DNA from: Eledone cirrhosa
Taxonomy: Eukaryota
Length of the DNA stretch: 64,000 nt
Assembly: GCA_964016885.1 (NCBI GenBank)
Contig: OZ024743.1
Span: 352,718,001 to 352,782,000 of the forward strand
Direction: 5' to 3'
Positions 38,067-48,885 of the stretch are shown here, in pieces. Position 1 is the stretch's first letter. Every line of letters begins with the position of its first letter. The notes beneath the pieces were generated by a model. The model had not been told where the DNA came from and made no database searches. It saw nothing but the letters and a program-made list of their open reading frames with translations. The translations under genes and the position numbers were made by a program.

Positions 38067-38255
38067 AAATTGTTTCTACTTTTGGCACAAGGCCAGCAAT
38101 TACCCAGTACATTACTGGTACTTTATTTTATCAACCCCGTAAGGATGAAAGGCAAAGTTAACCTCGGCGGGATTTGAACTCAGATCATAAAGGGAGGTAA
38201 CTATGCTCCAAAGCATGGTGTCCGACCCTCTACCGATACTGCCAATCCAACGCCA
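38067..38255 (-). mobile_element. SINE family A, full length, ~18-bp TSD
   Basis: TSD tgattaaacataaa(a/t)aat. Confidence 0.9.
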
Positions 38256-39666
38256 TTGATTAAACATAAATAATCTTATATATAATGTATTGCTTATTTC
38301 AAGATTCACTTCTGTTCAAACTTTCAAATGTCAACTTCCGTTAGCGTTCGTTATATCATAATGTTTATATATTTCCATCGTTATATCATAACGTTTATAT
38401 TTCCGTTGCTAATCTCATTTTCTCCTTTTTCATTTCGTTGTAATGCCATTTATATATAATATTGTCTTTTTCAAATGTATCATGGATTACTTTACTGATT
38501 ACAGAAAAAAGTATAACACAGTCTTTGTTCAATTTCTGTGCATATTGTCAATTTACTTTTCAATTTACATATATCTATATGCATATATATTTGTGTATAA
38601 TATCAATATGCACACTACACATGCTAGCAGAAAACTGCCTGCAAGGCAGTTTTTCTGCTAGTTTATCATAATGAAGTGTGTGTGTTGTATAATATGATGC
38701 TTGTAGAATAGAAATAAGGAAAACTTACAAAATATGATATTTGTCAGGAATCTGAAAGTAGAAATAAAAAGAGGGATATTTATTAATAAGAAATTCAAAG
38801 TAATAAAGAAACTTCTAGTGTATTAGCAGGTTTAGTTTCTCTTATTAGTTAGCCTAAGAAGGGTAGTGGCCATAGCTCACACAGATACAGAATTATATGT
38901 TTCTGGCTAGGTCAGAGGGGGACAGCACCCATAATCCTTTATCAGAGCTTACAAGACTGGTGGTAGAAAAGAGTTATCCTCAGACAAGAGACCTAGTCTA
39001 GATACATGCAAAGGAATGCAAGGGCTAAGAAGGGTCAGATGGTGGTGTTAAACCAAACAATAGATTCACGCCACCACCTAAGAATATTTACAGTTCATTT
39101 GACAAGCTTCCACACATAAGTCACTTGCTGAGGGTGTCATGCAGTAACATAGAACTATAGACCATGTGATTGGGAAGTGAACCTCTTAACCCAATTAAGG
39201 ATAAGGATAATTTTGGAAAGGGCTCATAATATTGAAGTTGTATCTGGATGCTTCCTAATTAGTTCCTAAAGAGAAACCTTGAGCAGGGAGAGGATACAAA
39301 AGGGATTTGTATCTAGGGTAGAAAGATTACAAAAAAGCATCAGCAGAGAATTTAGAGCACGAGTCACACTAGAACTAGTATCAATATGCTTTAGATATGT
39401 GTGCTATTGAATCCATCAATTAGCATCTAGCTCAACATGCTTCAGTTTAATGTAAATTTCAATTTCTAATACTGATTCTTGAATATTGCTCAAATGCTCT
39501 TGACTAAAGCAAAAACAGGACTCATTTCTGGCCACAAACAAATATAAAAACAAAATAATTATTTCTAACATTAGCACATGGCCAGCAACTTGGGGGAAGG
39601 GAATATCGACCCCATCACTTAACTGGTACTTTATCAATAGAAAGGCAAAGTGGGATTTGAACTAAA

Positions 39667-39890
39667 TACTGCAATGCATTTTGTCAGACATTCTACTGGT
39701 ACTGCCAAATAAGAATAAAATAATTGTTTCTACTTTTGGCACAAGGCCAGCAATTACCCAGTGCATTACTGGTACTTTATTTTACCAGTAATGCATTGGG
39801 TAATTGCTGGCCTTGTGCCAAAAGTAGAAACAATTATTTTCTTCTTATTTGGCAGTACCAGTAGAATGTCTGACAAAATGCATTGCAGTA
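39667..39890. repeat. 108-bp near-perfect palindrome (SINE 3' end plus flank)
   Basis: 39667-39774 is the reverse complement of 39783-39890 with 2 mismatches; 8-nt loop. Confidence 0.93.
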
Positions 39891-39900
39891 TAAGAATAAA

Positions 39901-40079
39901 ATAATTATTCCTACTTTAGGCACAAGGCCAGCAATTATCCAGTACATTACTGGTACTTTATTTTATTGACCCCGTAAGGATGAAAGGCAAAGTTAACCTC
40001 GGCGGGATTTGAACTCAGACTGTAAAGGGACGTAACTATGCTAGAAAACATAGCGTCCAACCCTCTACCGATACTGCCA
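39901..40079 (-). mobile_element. SINE family A, near full length
   Basis: Family match; ataaaataat on both sides. Confidence 0.88.
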
Positions 40080-40094
40080 TAAAATAATGAAAAC

Positions 40095-40615
40095 AAATCC
40101 TAACACGAAATGTAGACCATGCAACCAGCACAAAGAGACAATTGACTACATGATGTTTAGTTATCCATTTCATACCAAGTCTGAATACATACACAGACAC
40201 GATTGAGTTGGCAGCTATATCTACTGGGCAATAAACCAAAACTTTTGATGTGAAGATAAACAAAAAAAATGGTGTAAACATGCTCAAACACAGTGGGTGA
40301 CAATGACATGGCCACAATTATCTAGGATATTACCCACCCAAACTGACAAGGTGGTCAAAATAGACCATCCAGAAATAATAATCAAGGACAGGGAAAAAGA
40401 AAAAACATGGACACTGATAGACATCAATCACTTCTAAGAAAAAATATTGCCTGGAGTGAAGAAAAATGTCCAAATACAAGGATCTTGAAATTAAAATATA
40501 CAAAATGTGAGAAATGAAGGTAAAAAGAGAGCCAATATGATGAGAGAACTACGTATGATAAAAAAAAAGTATGAACAAAAACAAGAGCCATATCAGGGAT
40601 CACAACTCTAAACAC
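40095..40615 (+). mobile_element. R4/Dong-like LINE remnant (CCHC plus restriction-like endonuclease region)
   Basis: KCRPCNQHKETIDYM..SEYIHRHD*VGSYIYWAI, then ..HPEIIIKDREK..TLIDI..KYKDLEI. Many stops. Confidence 0.7.
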
Positions 40616-42254
40616 TACCCCTCCACCACCACCTTGTCTCTAACAGTTGTGGTCACAACCATATGGTTCTGGATTCAGTCTTGCTGTGCAGTAATTTGGG
40701 CTTATGTCTTCTACTATAGCTTCTAAATTAATCAATACCTTGTGCATAGAATTTGGTAGATGGAAACTGCAGAAGCCCATCGTGTGTGTGCGTGTGTGTG
40801 TGTGTGTGTGTCTGTGGGTGTCTTTATAACTTAGCGGTTTGACAAAAATGAGATTCATAAAATAAGTACCAGGCATTAAAAATAAGTATGGGGAGGGAGG
40901 GGCGTGGGGGTGGCTAAATGAAGGTGGTGCTCCAGCATGACCACAGTCAAATGTTGGAAACCAAGAGAAAAAAAAAAAAAAAAAAATTATAAAAAAAGAT
41001 AAAAAAGAAAGCTCTATCAGAATTCACTAATCAACAACTCTTCATAATGATGGTAAACATCAAGTTTGCTGAATTAATAGTAGACTATCTAATATTTACA
41101 TAACTATTCCCAGATCACACTTGAGCCCAATAACAGCTAATTAATCAAATTAATCACTGAACAATATAATGAGGACTACTACTACTACTATTTAAATGAC
41201 AACAATGATTAACAATGACAACATTTTATCCATAATCTATAACAGGATTTTATAAATTTCATGTTTTGTTTAAACTTTCTATTTTATACCTTCAATATAA
41301 TCAATATGACAATGAATTTTGGCTTTTGAAATGTTAAACTTTTTTTAAAATCATATTTAATGTTGCTTTTTAAAAATTAGTTTCTTTCTAAAAAAATATA
41401 GAATATTGATTTCTTACTAAGACACAAGATAAAGAAAATTTCTCTAAAAGAAGAATAAAATCAAAATATGATGGTCTTTCTTAAAGGAGAGGGAAGTACA
41501 TTGATTTCATAAAGAAGTGTTATGTTATAACAATGATTGAAAACCAGCTGGTAGACAAAAGTTTGCCAGGAAATTATCCCCTGTTCTATAGTGTTTAAAG
41601 TAAATACTCGGAATCTTATACTTTGTTGAGAAGGTCTATGACCAAAATATGCATAGAATTGTCTCCTGTACTTGCCGAAATTATTAAAATAATGTAAGTC
41701 CTTGAACTAATGTTTTCATCTCCTAAACGATATTTACAATTATATTTTTGATGCCCTACATTAAATACACACGTACCCTGCTTAACTGCTGGTTTTTATG
41801 TGGAGGTGTCTCTGAATAACTAAACCACAGTATTGTGATTTTCTAAATAAGTAAATATCAGTTTCTTCTGACAAAATATAAAAACCTTATATTTTAGGGG
41901 AAATAGAAAGCGAATTTGGGTCGGGAGCTAACACTCTTTCCCTGAAAATCAGAGGTTAAAAGTGAAACTAAAATCATTTCCAAAATATTAGAAACTTAAG
42001 TGATACTAAAGGTGAAAGCATGCTGTTTAGTTGTTAAGATGCTGATTCTATGATTGTAAAGTCGAGTGTTTGATTTTCAGACTGGGCAGGACATTATAAC
42101 CTTGAGAGCAAGGCATTCCATTTTACATTGCTGCAGTCCACTCAGCTGAAAAAAAAATGTGTACCAACAGTGACATGAGTGTCTTATATAGGGGAAGACT
42201 TATATTCCCAGTCACTCAACACCAATGGAACTGGGATAAGCTCTGGCCTGATGA

Positions 42255-43427
42255 GCTGTAGGCTTGAGAAAAATGGTTTGTTAAAGCAGTGCAAGCCATG
42301 TACAGGGGGAAACAGAGGAGCTGTCAGTAAAGTGAGAGTAGGAAGTGAGTATAGTGAGGAATTCAAGATGCAGGTAGGAATTCATCAGGGTTCAGTTCTC
42401 AGTACAATGCAGTTCATTATAGTTCTCCAGATCATAACAGGAGTTTATGACTGGCTGTTCATAGGAAATTCTCTATGCAGATGATCTGGTCCTTATAGCT
42501 GAATCTATAAAAGAACTAGAGAATAAGTTCCGACTATGGAAACAGAATTTGGAGTCATAAAGGCTGAGAGTAAACTTAGCCAAAACTAAAGGTCTCTGAT
42601 TCCTTCCAGGAAGTGGCCTTGTTCAACATGTAGAAAAGGAGTAAGCATAAACTCTATACAATGTGCACAATGTAATTGTTGGGTACACAAGAGATATAGT
42701 GGGATGATGAGTAAACTAACAGCAAGAGAAGACTTTGTATGTAGAAAATGCGCAGGGGTAATTAACAGGAAGAGCATCAGTGATATAAATCTTTTCCAAA
42801 CGCATGAAGGATCCATAGAAGCAGTTAATAGATTCTGCTATCTAAGTGACGTAAGTAGCAGTGGAGGAGGGTGCTCCTAGAATTAGGATAGGATGGAAGA
42901 AGTTTAAAGAGCTATTCCCACAGCTGACAACAAAAGTCTTCTCCCTACATACAAAATGACAGCTGTATGATGCCTGTATGCAAAGTGTGATGCTGTATGG
43001 TAATGAAACATGGGCTGTGCCTGCAGAGGATATGCATAGACAGGGAAGAAATGAAGCAACCAAGTTTCATTGGCTGTGTAATGTAAATGTGAGAGAAAAG
43101 CAGAGTGTAGATGATCTGAGGGAGAAACTGGGTTTAAAAGGAATTTAAAGAGTGTAAAAGAGAGAAGACTGCGTTGGTATGGGCATGTGATGCGGATGGA
43201 TGATGATTGCTGGGTGAAGAGGTACCAGGAGATCCTAGTGGAAGGAAGTCGCAGTAGCGGTAGACCAAGGAAGACCTGGGCAGAGGTGGTGAGAGCTCAT
43301 CTCAAATCGCTGAGATTCACAGAGGAGATGACGAAGGTATGCAGCGTATGGAGAGATGCTGTGCTGAAAAGGACCCATCATACCTATGCATACATGGGAA
43401 AACAGACATAAAAATGATGATGATGAG
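42255..43427 (+). mobile_element. Older RTE LINE fragment (RT with PHD-like insert), degenerate
   Basis: GIHQGSVLS, LYADDL, KWPCSTCRKGV..CAQCNCWVHKR..CRKC, LRWYGHVMRM, GRPRKTW. Confidence 0.88.
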
Positions 43428-43917
43428 ATATATGATATAGATAGAAGGATATACAAACTGTAAATATACACAGACATACCTATTGGTATGTATAGAGAAT
43501 GCATGAAGCATTTGGCGGATGCCTCCTAAAAGTGCTGTTGGTACTGAAAAATATTCATATTCTAAGATTATGTTACATTGGTAAATGAGTGGCTGGGTTT
43601 GGTTCAGTGTGTTTATATGTATAAATAATATTTTCTCTAGAGATTGGATACCTTCCCACTGAAAATGAGTCCTGTTCTACAGAATTTAAAGACTGATTGC
43701 TCTAAAAACAAATAATCATATAAACATTAACTGACTTGACATACAATTATCATAAACTTGCAATAAACACTAAATAGTTCTTTAACCACTATACACATAT
43801 TGTATTGAGTACCATCATTCGTATATATATATATATATATATATATATGCAAAAAGTAAATGAAAACAACAAAGTAAACAATACAGTAGATTAAATATTA
43901 GATTACAGTAGATTAAA

Positions 43918-44021
43918 TAATTGTTTCTACTTTTGGCACAAGGCCAGCAATTGCCCAGTGTATTACTGGTACTTTATTTTATCGACCTCGTAAGGATGAA
44001 AGGTAAAGTTAACCTCGGCGA
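43918..44021 (-). mobile_element. SINE family A, 5'-truncated, nested in a Penelope-like module
   Basis: Family tail and core; agattaaata duplicated. Confidence 0.85.
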
Positions 44022-44067
44022 ATGAAGATTAAATATTAGTTTAACACTTGATATAGTAGGAAAAGAG

Positions 44068-44107
44068 TTTTTACGTTTCAGATATAAGTCATTCATTCAT
44101 CAGAAGA
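44068..44107 (-). ncRNA. Degenerate minimal HHR motif (same family as 50540-50577)
   Basis: tctt-CTGATGA...gac ttat atc t-GAAACGTA-aaaa. Confidence 0.45.
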
Positions 44108-44168
44108 TAAAATGAGAACTAGAAGATGAAATAGAAAGAGTCATTTCGGATATATATAGAGAGAGAGT

Positions 44169-44218
44169 TCTTGTCTGATGACCCTGTGATAAACAGGCAA
44201 AACTCCAGATTAATAAGA
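44169..44218 (+). ncRNA. Degenerate HHR motif (same family as 53752-53802)
   Basis: tcttgt-CTGATGA-c-cctgt gataa acagg-c(A)AAAC..-ataaga. Confidence 0.5.
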
Positions 44219-44327
44219 CTCACTATTTAGCTTTAATATAATGAATATTAAAACTCTACTTTGGTATTGAGTACTTTTTTACTTCAGCTGTTAACCACAC
44301 ACACACACACATATATCACACCACACG

Positions 44328-44709
44328 CCACCGTTTTACGTCTGTTCTTCCCCGCTAGCATGGGTTAGACGGGTTGTCCTGTTGTGGGCAGTGTCCGGTC
44401 GGCTGACCTTGTCTTGCTCATACGGGAACTGATTCTGGCTCGATTTCTACAGCTGGATGCCCTTCCTAACACCAACCTCATTTACAGTGAGTGCTGGGTG
44501 CTTTTTTGCCGTGGCACCTCCACGACCACTTTGCAGTGGAATGATAGGGACCCCATTCCCTATCATCTCATTTCTACAGCTGAGTAAACTGGAGCAATGT
44601 GAAATAAAGTGTCTTGCTCAAGGAAACATCACATCACCCGGTCCGAGAATTGAACTCCAAACCTTTCGATTGCAAGCCCAATGCTCTAACCACTAAGCCA
44701 TGTGCCTTC
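44328..44709 (-). mobile_element. SINE family B: tRNA head, CORE-like domain, RTE-derived 3' half
   Basis: ggcttagtggttagagc..gagttcaattctc head; ccttgagcaagacactt..tcagctgtagaaatgag CORE-like block; RTE tail. Confidence 0.88.
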
Positions 44710-44957
44710 ATGAAGGCACATATATATATAATTTATCCAAAATCTCTGAAGAAGTGACAACTGATTATACATTTGCTATCGAATACTTGCTAACATTATA
44801 TGATTACGCAAGCAGCGATACATAGGTATTCCGTCTGTTACAGAAACATATGTCAATACCTAATAAATTCCTTTTTAAAAAAAGCACTTTCATTTTATAT
44901 TCATCTTTTCTATATATATATATATATATTATTATTATGTAATAATATATATATATA

Positions 44958-45058
44958 AGGTTAACTTTGCCTTTCATCCTTATGGGGTCGATAAAATAAA
45001 GTACCAGTAATGCACTAGAATAATTGCTGGCCTTGTGCCAAAAGTAGAAACAATTATT
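44958..45058 (+). mobile_element. SINE family A, 5'-truncated
   Basis: Family core and tail. Confidence 0.85.
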
Positions 45059-45284
45059 ATGTAATAAACAACATAACCCCCGTCCAAACCCATGCAAGCG
45101 TGGAACACGGACGTTAAACGTTGATGATGATGATGATGATGATGAAGGCAATTATTCCATTTACCAGTGGTTTCTTAAAAGCAAAAGGTTTTGCTTTCAA
45201 TCCTCAGAATGAAAAAAACCTTTTGCTTTTAAGAAACCACTGGTAAATGGAATAATTGCCTTATGTTGTTTATTACATAATAAT
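45053..45284. repeat. ~70-bp inverted repeat interrupted by a 68-bp RTE 3' tail (45077-45144)
   Basis: 45145-45192 pairs with 45215-45262; 45053-45076 pairs with 45261-45284. Confidence 0.9.
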
Positions 45285-45348
45285 AATAATTAAGCTCTGT
45301 TACCTACATAGAGCACTCTTTTTTCCTGGACTTTTCTGACGGAATTAC

Positions 45349-45434
<86 letters not shown>

Positions 45435-45439
<5 letters not shown>

Positions 45440-45999
45440 GGATGATAGCTGTATAACAAAGTGCAGGGCAATAAAGATAGACGGTAGCCACGGAATAGGC
45501 AGACCCAGAAAAACCTGGGACGAGCTGATAAACTCCGACCTCACACACTTACACCTCACCAAGACAATGTCACTGGACCGAGACCTTTGGCGGTACTCAG
45601 TAATAGAGAGGACCTGCCTTGCCAGTAGGCATCTCTAACAAAATACACCCCGTCCCACCACCACCACCCCCACCCCATCCACACCACCCCGTTCTATGTA
45701 AAGTTATGTTGGTGCCGCGCCATCCAGGCCAAAACAAATGAGATCGTGTAGGTGTCACGACAAAAAAACACACAGTCCACGCTGTAATGTGGCCGTGTAG
45801 GCAACACGGTAAAAACCTCCCAGTCCACACTGTAAATGTGGTTGGTGTTAGGAAGGGCATCCAACTGTAGAAAACCTGCCAGACAGTCCTATGCGAGCAA
45901 GAAAATCACTCTTGTCTCAAGTGGGAATACCCCCGTCCAAACCCATGCAAGCGTGGAACACGGACGTTAAACGTTGATGATGATGATGATGATGATGAT
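45435..45999 (+). mobile_element. Young RTE LINE 3' fragment inserted in (TA)n
   Basis: MKDDSCITKC..GRPRKTWDELINSDL..LASRHL*. Near-identical to 58620-59165. Confidence 0.92.
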
Positions 46000-46207
46000 A
46001 CACACACACACACAAAATGGCTCTTTCTATCTATTTCGCTTTTCATCTTCAGATGAATGGCTAATGCTCGAAACATCTAACATAAACCAAACGCTGTCCA
46101 AAGGAGTAAAAGACAAAAGACAACACATTAATTTATAGCTGTTGAGCTACAAAACACATAACATTTTGTGTGATGTCGGAAAATGTGTGATGCCACACAC
46201 ATGTATA

Positions 46208-46541
46208 CTAGTTAACATACCCAGCTTTGCCCGGGTAAACAGATAAGTGAAGACAGGTAGAAGCTGAGCTTGAGCTTTATTTATGATCATAGCAAAACTG
46301 GTTCTAACAGGGAACTGAAGTCTTGAGAATTTGAACAGCAGTTTGGTAGAGAAAGGGATAAGCAGAATCTTGGGAATAATGCAATTTTCCTTGATGATTG
46401 CCTCCAAAAATAGTGACCTCTAGGAAATGGTTTATCATCCACCTGACTGTTAAGTCTGTGCCATTGCATAGACATGGCTGGTCCAGGTTTCTCAAAAGGA
46501 TGATGGGAGTTCCAATCTTTTACATTGTATATAGATATAGA
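46208..46541 (-). mobile_element. 334-bp mini-Helitron retaining a Pif1-helicase fragment
   Basis: A|TCTATATC 5' end. KIGTPIILLRNLDQPCLCNGT..IPKILLIP..FKFSRLQFPVRTSFAMIINKAQ. Hairpin tacccgg-gcaaag-ctgggta followed by CTAG|T. Confidence 0.88.
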
Positions 46542-46545
46542 TAAT

Positions 46546-46615
<70 letters not shown>

Positions 46616-46799
46616 CGTGTGTGTATGTGTGTGTGCGTGCGTGCATATTTCTATTTTAACTATGTTTGCTAGGTATAGATTCATGCAGTTGATCTTTTAA
46701 AAATTGGACACTCCTAAGTCTTGTTAATTGACTACAATGTGTGTGTGGGGTGCTGTTCATGGAATGGGTAATGTAAAACAGTGATAATTGTGATTATAT

Positions 46800-47090
46800 C
46801 ATCATCATCATCATTTCATTTTACGTCCGCTTTTTCCCTGCTTGCAAGGGTGGGATGGGAACTGATTCTGGCTTGATTTCTACAGCTGGATGCCCTTCTT
46901 AACACCAACCTCATTTACAGTGAGTGCTGGGTGCTTTTTTGCCGTGGCACCTCCACGACCACTTTGCAGTGGAATGATATGGACCCCAGTCCCTATCATC
47001 TCATTTCTACAGCTGATTAAACTGGAGCAATGTGAAATAAAGTGTCTTGCTCAAGGAAACAACACATCACCCACTAAGCCATGTGCCTCC
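46800..47090 (-). mobile_element. SINE family B with a deletion in the tRNA head
   Basis: Colinear with 57747-58093 except for a ~45-nt gap at 47070. Confidence 0.88.
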
Positions 47091-47368
47091 ATCTATATAT
47101 ATATAAATGTGATTATATATATATATCAGATCGTACATATATATGTATATATAATATTATATTATAGAGTAAAATGACGGGAGGCTGGACAGATTGAATT
47201 CCTTCAACAAGATTTAACATCAAAGATGGATGATTTGCGTACGGTCAAGTGCTTTCCTACTATTACAACATGGATGGTTATCATTGCAGAATGACCAATT
47301 CTACCCAGTGGTAGTTCACCACTGGGTGGAACCACTGAATGTAAATGAACATATATAATCACAATTAT

Positions 47369-47716
47369 GGAGGCACATGGCTTAGTGGTTAGAGCATTGG
47401 CCTTGCAATCAAACGGTTGTGAGTTCAATTCTCAGACCGGGTGATGTGTTGTTTCCTTGAGCAAGACACTTTATTTCACATTGCTCCAGTTTACTCAGCT
47501 GTAGAAATGAGATGATAGGACTGGGGTCCATATCATTCCACTGCAAAGTGGTCGTGGAGGTACCACGGCAAAAAAACACCCAGCACTCACTGTAAATGAG
47601 GTTGGTGTTAGGAAGGGCATCCAGCTGTAGAAATCAAGCCAGAATCAGTTCCCGTCCTACCCTTGCAAGCAGGGAAAAGCGGACGTGAAATGAAATGATG
47701 ATGATGATGAAATGAT
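47369..47716 (+). mobile_element. SINE family B, full length
   Basis: ggaggcacatggcttagtggttagagc head through to a (GAT)n tail. Confidence 0.9.
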
Positions 47717-47788
47717 CACTGTTATATATATATATACATATACAAATATAAAATTTAGCTTCGAGCATAGTTGTATACAGATATGTAT

Positions 47789-48088
47789 TGGAATTTCGTG
47801 TTTTTAAAGAAATATGTTTATAAATAAACATTTAGAAAGCCGTAGCTATGCAAAAACCCTAGCAGCTATCACCACCTGGCGGTGTCCAGCAGAAGCAAGG
47901 GGGACATTCATTGATGCATTTCGAAATAAACTGGTTCTTATCAAGACAATCCCTCCCACTCTTGCAGCTGCTGGACTTTGAAAACAGCCGAGAACATATA
48001 GTTTTCTCGTCTATGTAAATGAGGTGATTAATCTCATTTGCATATGAAGCTGTATAAGTTGTTTCAACTTATAATAGAATAGAATTAG
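47789..48088. mobile_element. 300-bp insertion with 37-bp direct repeats and an HHR motif
   Basis: Direct repeats at 47752-47788 and 48089-48125 (2 mismatches). (TAGAA)-like right end. Confidence 0.7.
47906..47950 (-). ncRNA. HHR motif with U3-A8 core, CpG-decayed
   Basis: ttgtc-TTGATAA-gaa ccagtttat ttc-GAAATGCATC-aatga. Reverting CpG decay gives GAAACGCGTC-gacga. Confidence 0.55.
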
Positions 48089-48130
48089 AATTTAGCTTCG
48101 AACATAGCTGTATACAGATATGTATATATA

Positions 48131-48310
48131 TCATCATCATTGTTTGACATTCATTTTTCCATGCTAGCATGGGTTAGACGAGTTGTCTTGTTGTAGGCAA
48201 TGCTAGGTCAGATGACCATGTCTTGCTCATACAGAACTGATTTCGGCTTGGTTTCTACAGCTGGATACCCTTCCTAACACCAATTTACTGGGTGCTTTTT
48301 GTCATGACAT
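48131..48310 (-). mobile_element. RTE-tail retroposon fragment
   Basis: Colinear with 545-750. Confidence 0.75.
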
Positions 48311-48470
48311 ATTAAAGGTAGCAGCTGTGGATCAAAAGGGAGCTCTAAAAACCATGCTATTACTGCTACATTGTGGAGAGAAGAGGAAATGAACACAGTT
48401 TGCATGGGTCTTCTCAAATAAGATAGATAACATGAAATGATTTTTAAAAAGTTGAAGACTATATATCATA

Positions 48471-48657
48471 ATTGTTTCTACTTTAGGCACAAAGCCAGCA
48501 TTTACCCAGTGCGTTACTGGTACTTTATTTCATCGACCCCGTAAGGATGAAAGGCAAAGTCAACCTCGGCGGGATTTGAACTCAGATCGTAAAGGGACGT
48601 AACTATGCTGGAAAGCATGGCGTCCGACCCTCTACCGATACTGCCAATCCACCGCCC
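48471..48657 (-). mobile_element. SINE family A, full length, 19-bp TSD
   Basis: TSD gaagactatatatcataat at 48454-48472 and 48658-48676. Confidence 0.92.
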
Positions 48658-48698
48658 GAAGACTATATATCATAATGCAGAACATTATGATGAAAGAA

Positions 48699-48885
48699 GG
48701 GCAGTGGATTGGTAGTATCGGTAGAGGGTCGGACGCCATGCTTTCCAGCATAGTTACATCCCTTTACAATCTGCATTCAAATCCCGCCGAGGTTGACTTT
48801 GCCTTTCATCCTTACGGGGTCGATAAAATAAAGTACCAGTAATGTATTGGGTAATTGCTGGCCCTGTGCCTAAAGTAGAAACAAT
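48699..48885 (+). mobile_element. SINE family A, full length, 16-bp TSD
   Basis: TSD attat(g/a)atgaaagaag at 48684-48699 and 48884-48899. Confidence 0.92.

Noticed and set aside
44457-44696. Recurrent ORF MPFLTPT... as a small gene family
   Set aside because: It is the antisense reading of the SINE B/RTE tail repeats.
47369-47441. tRNA gene (apparent TGC anticodon)
   Set aside because: The stems do not pair properly and the sequence continues into a SINE body found in four copies.
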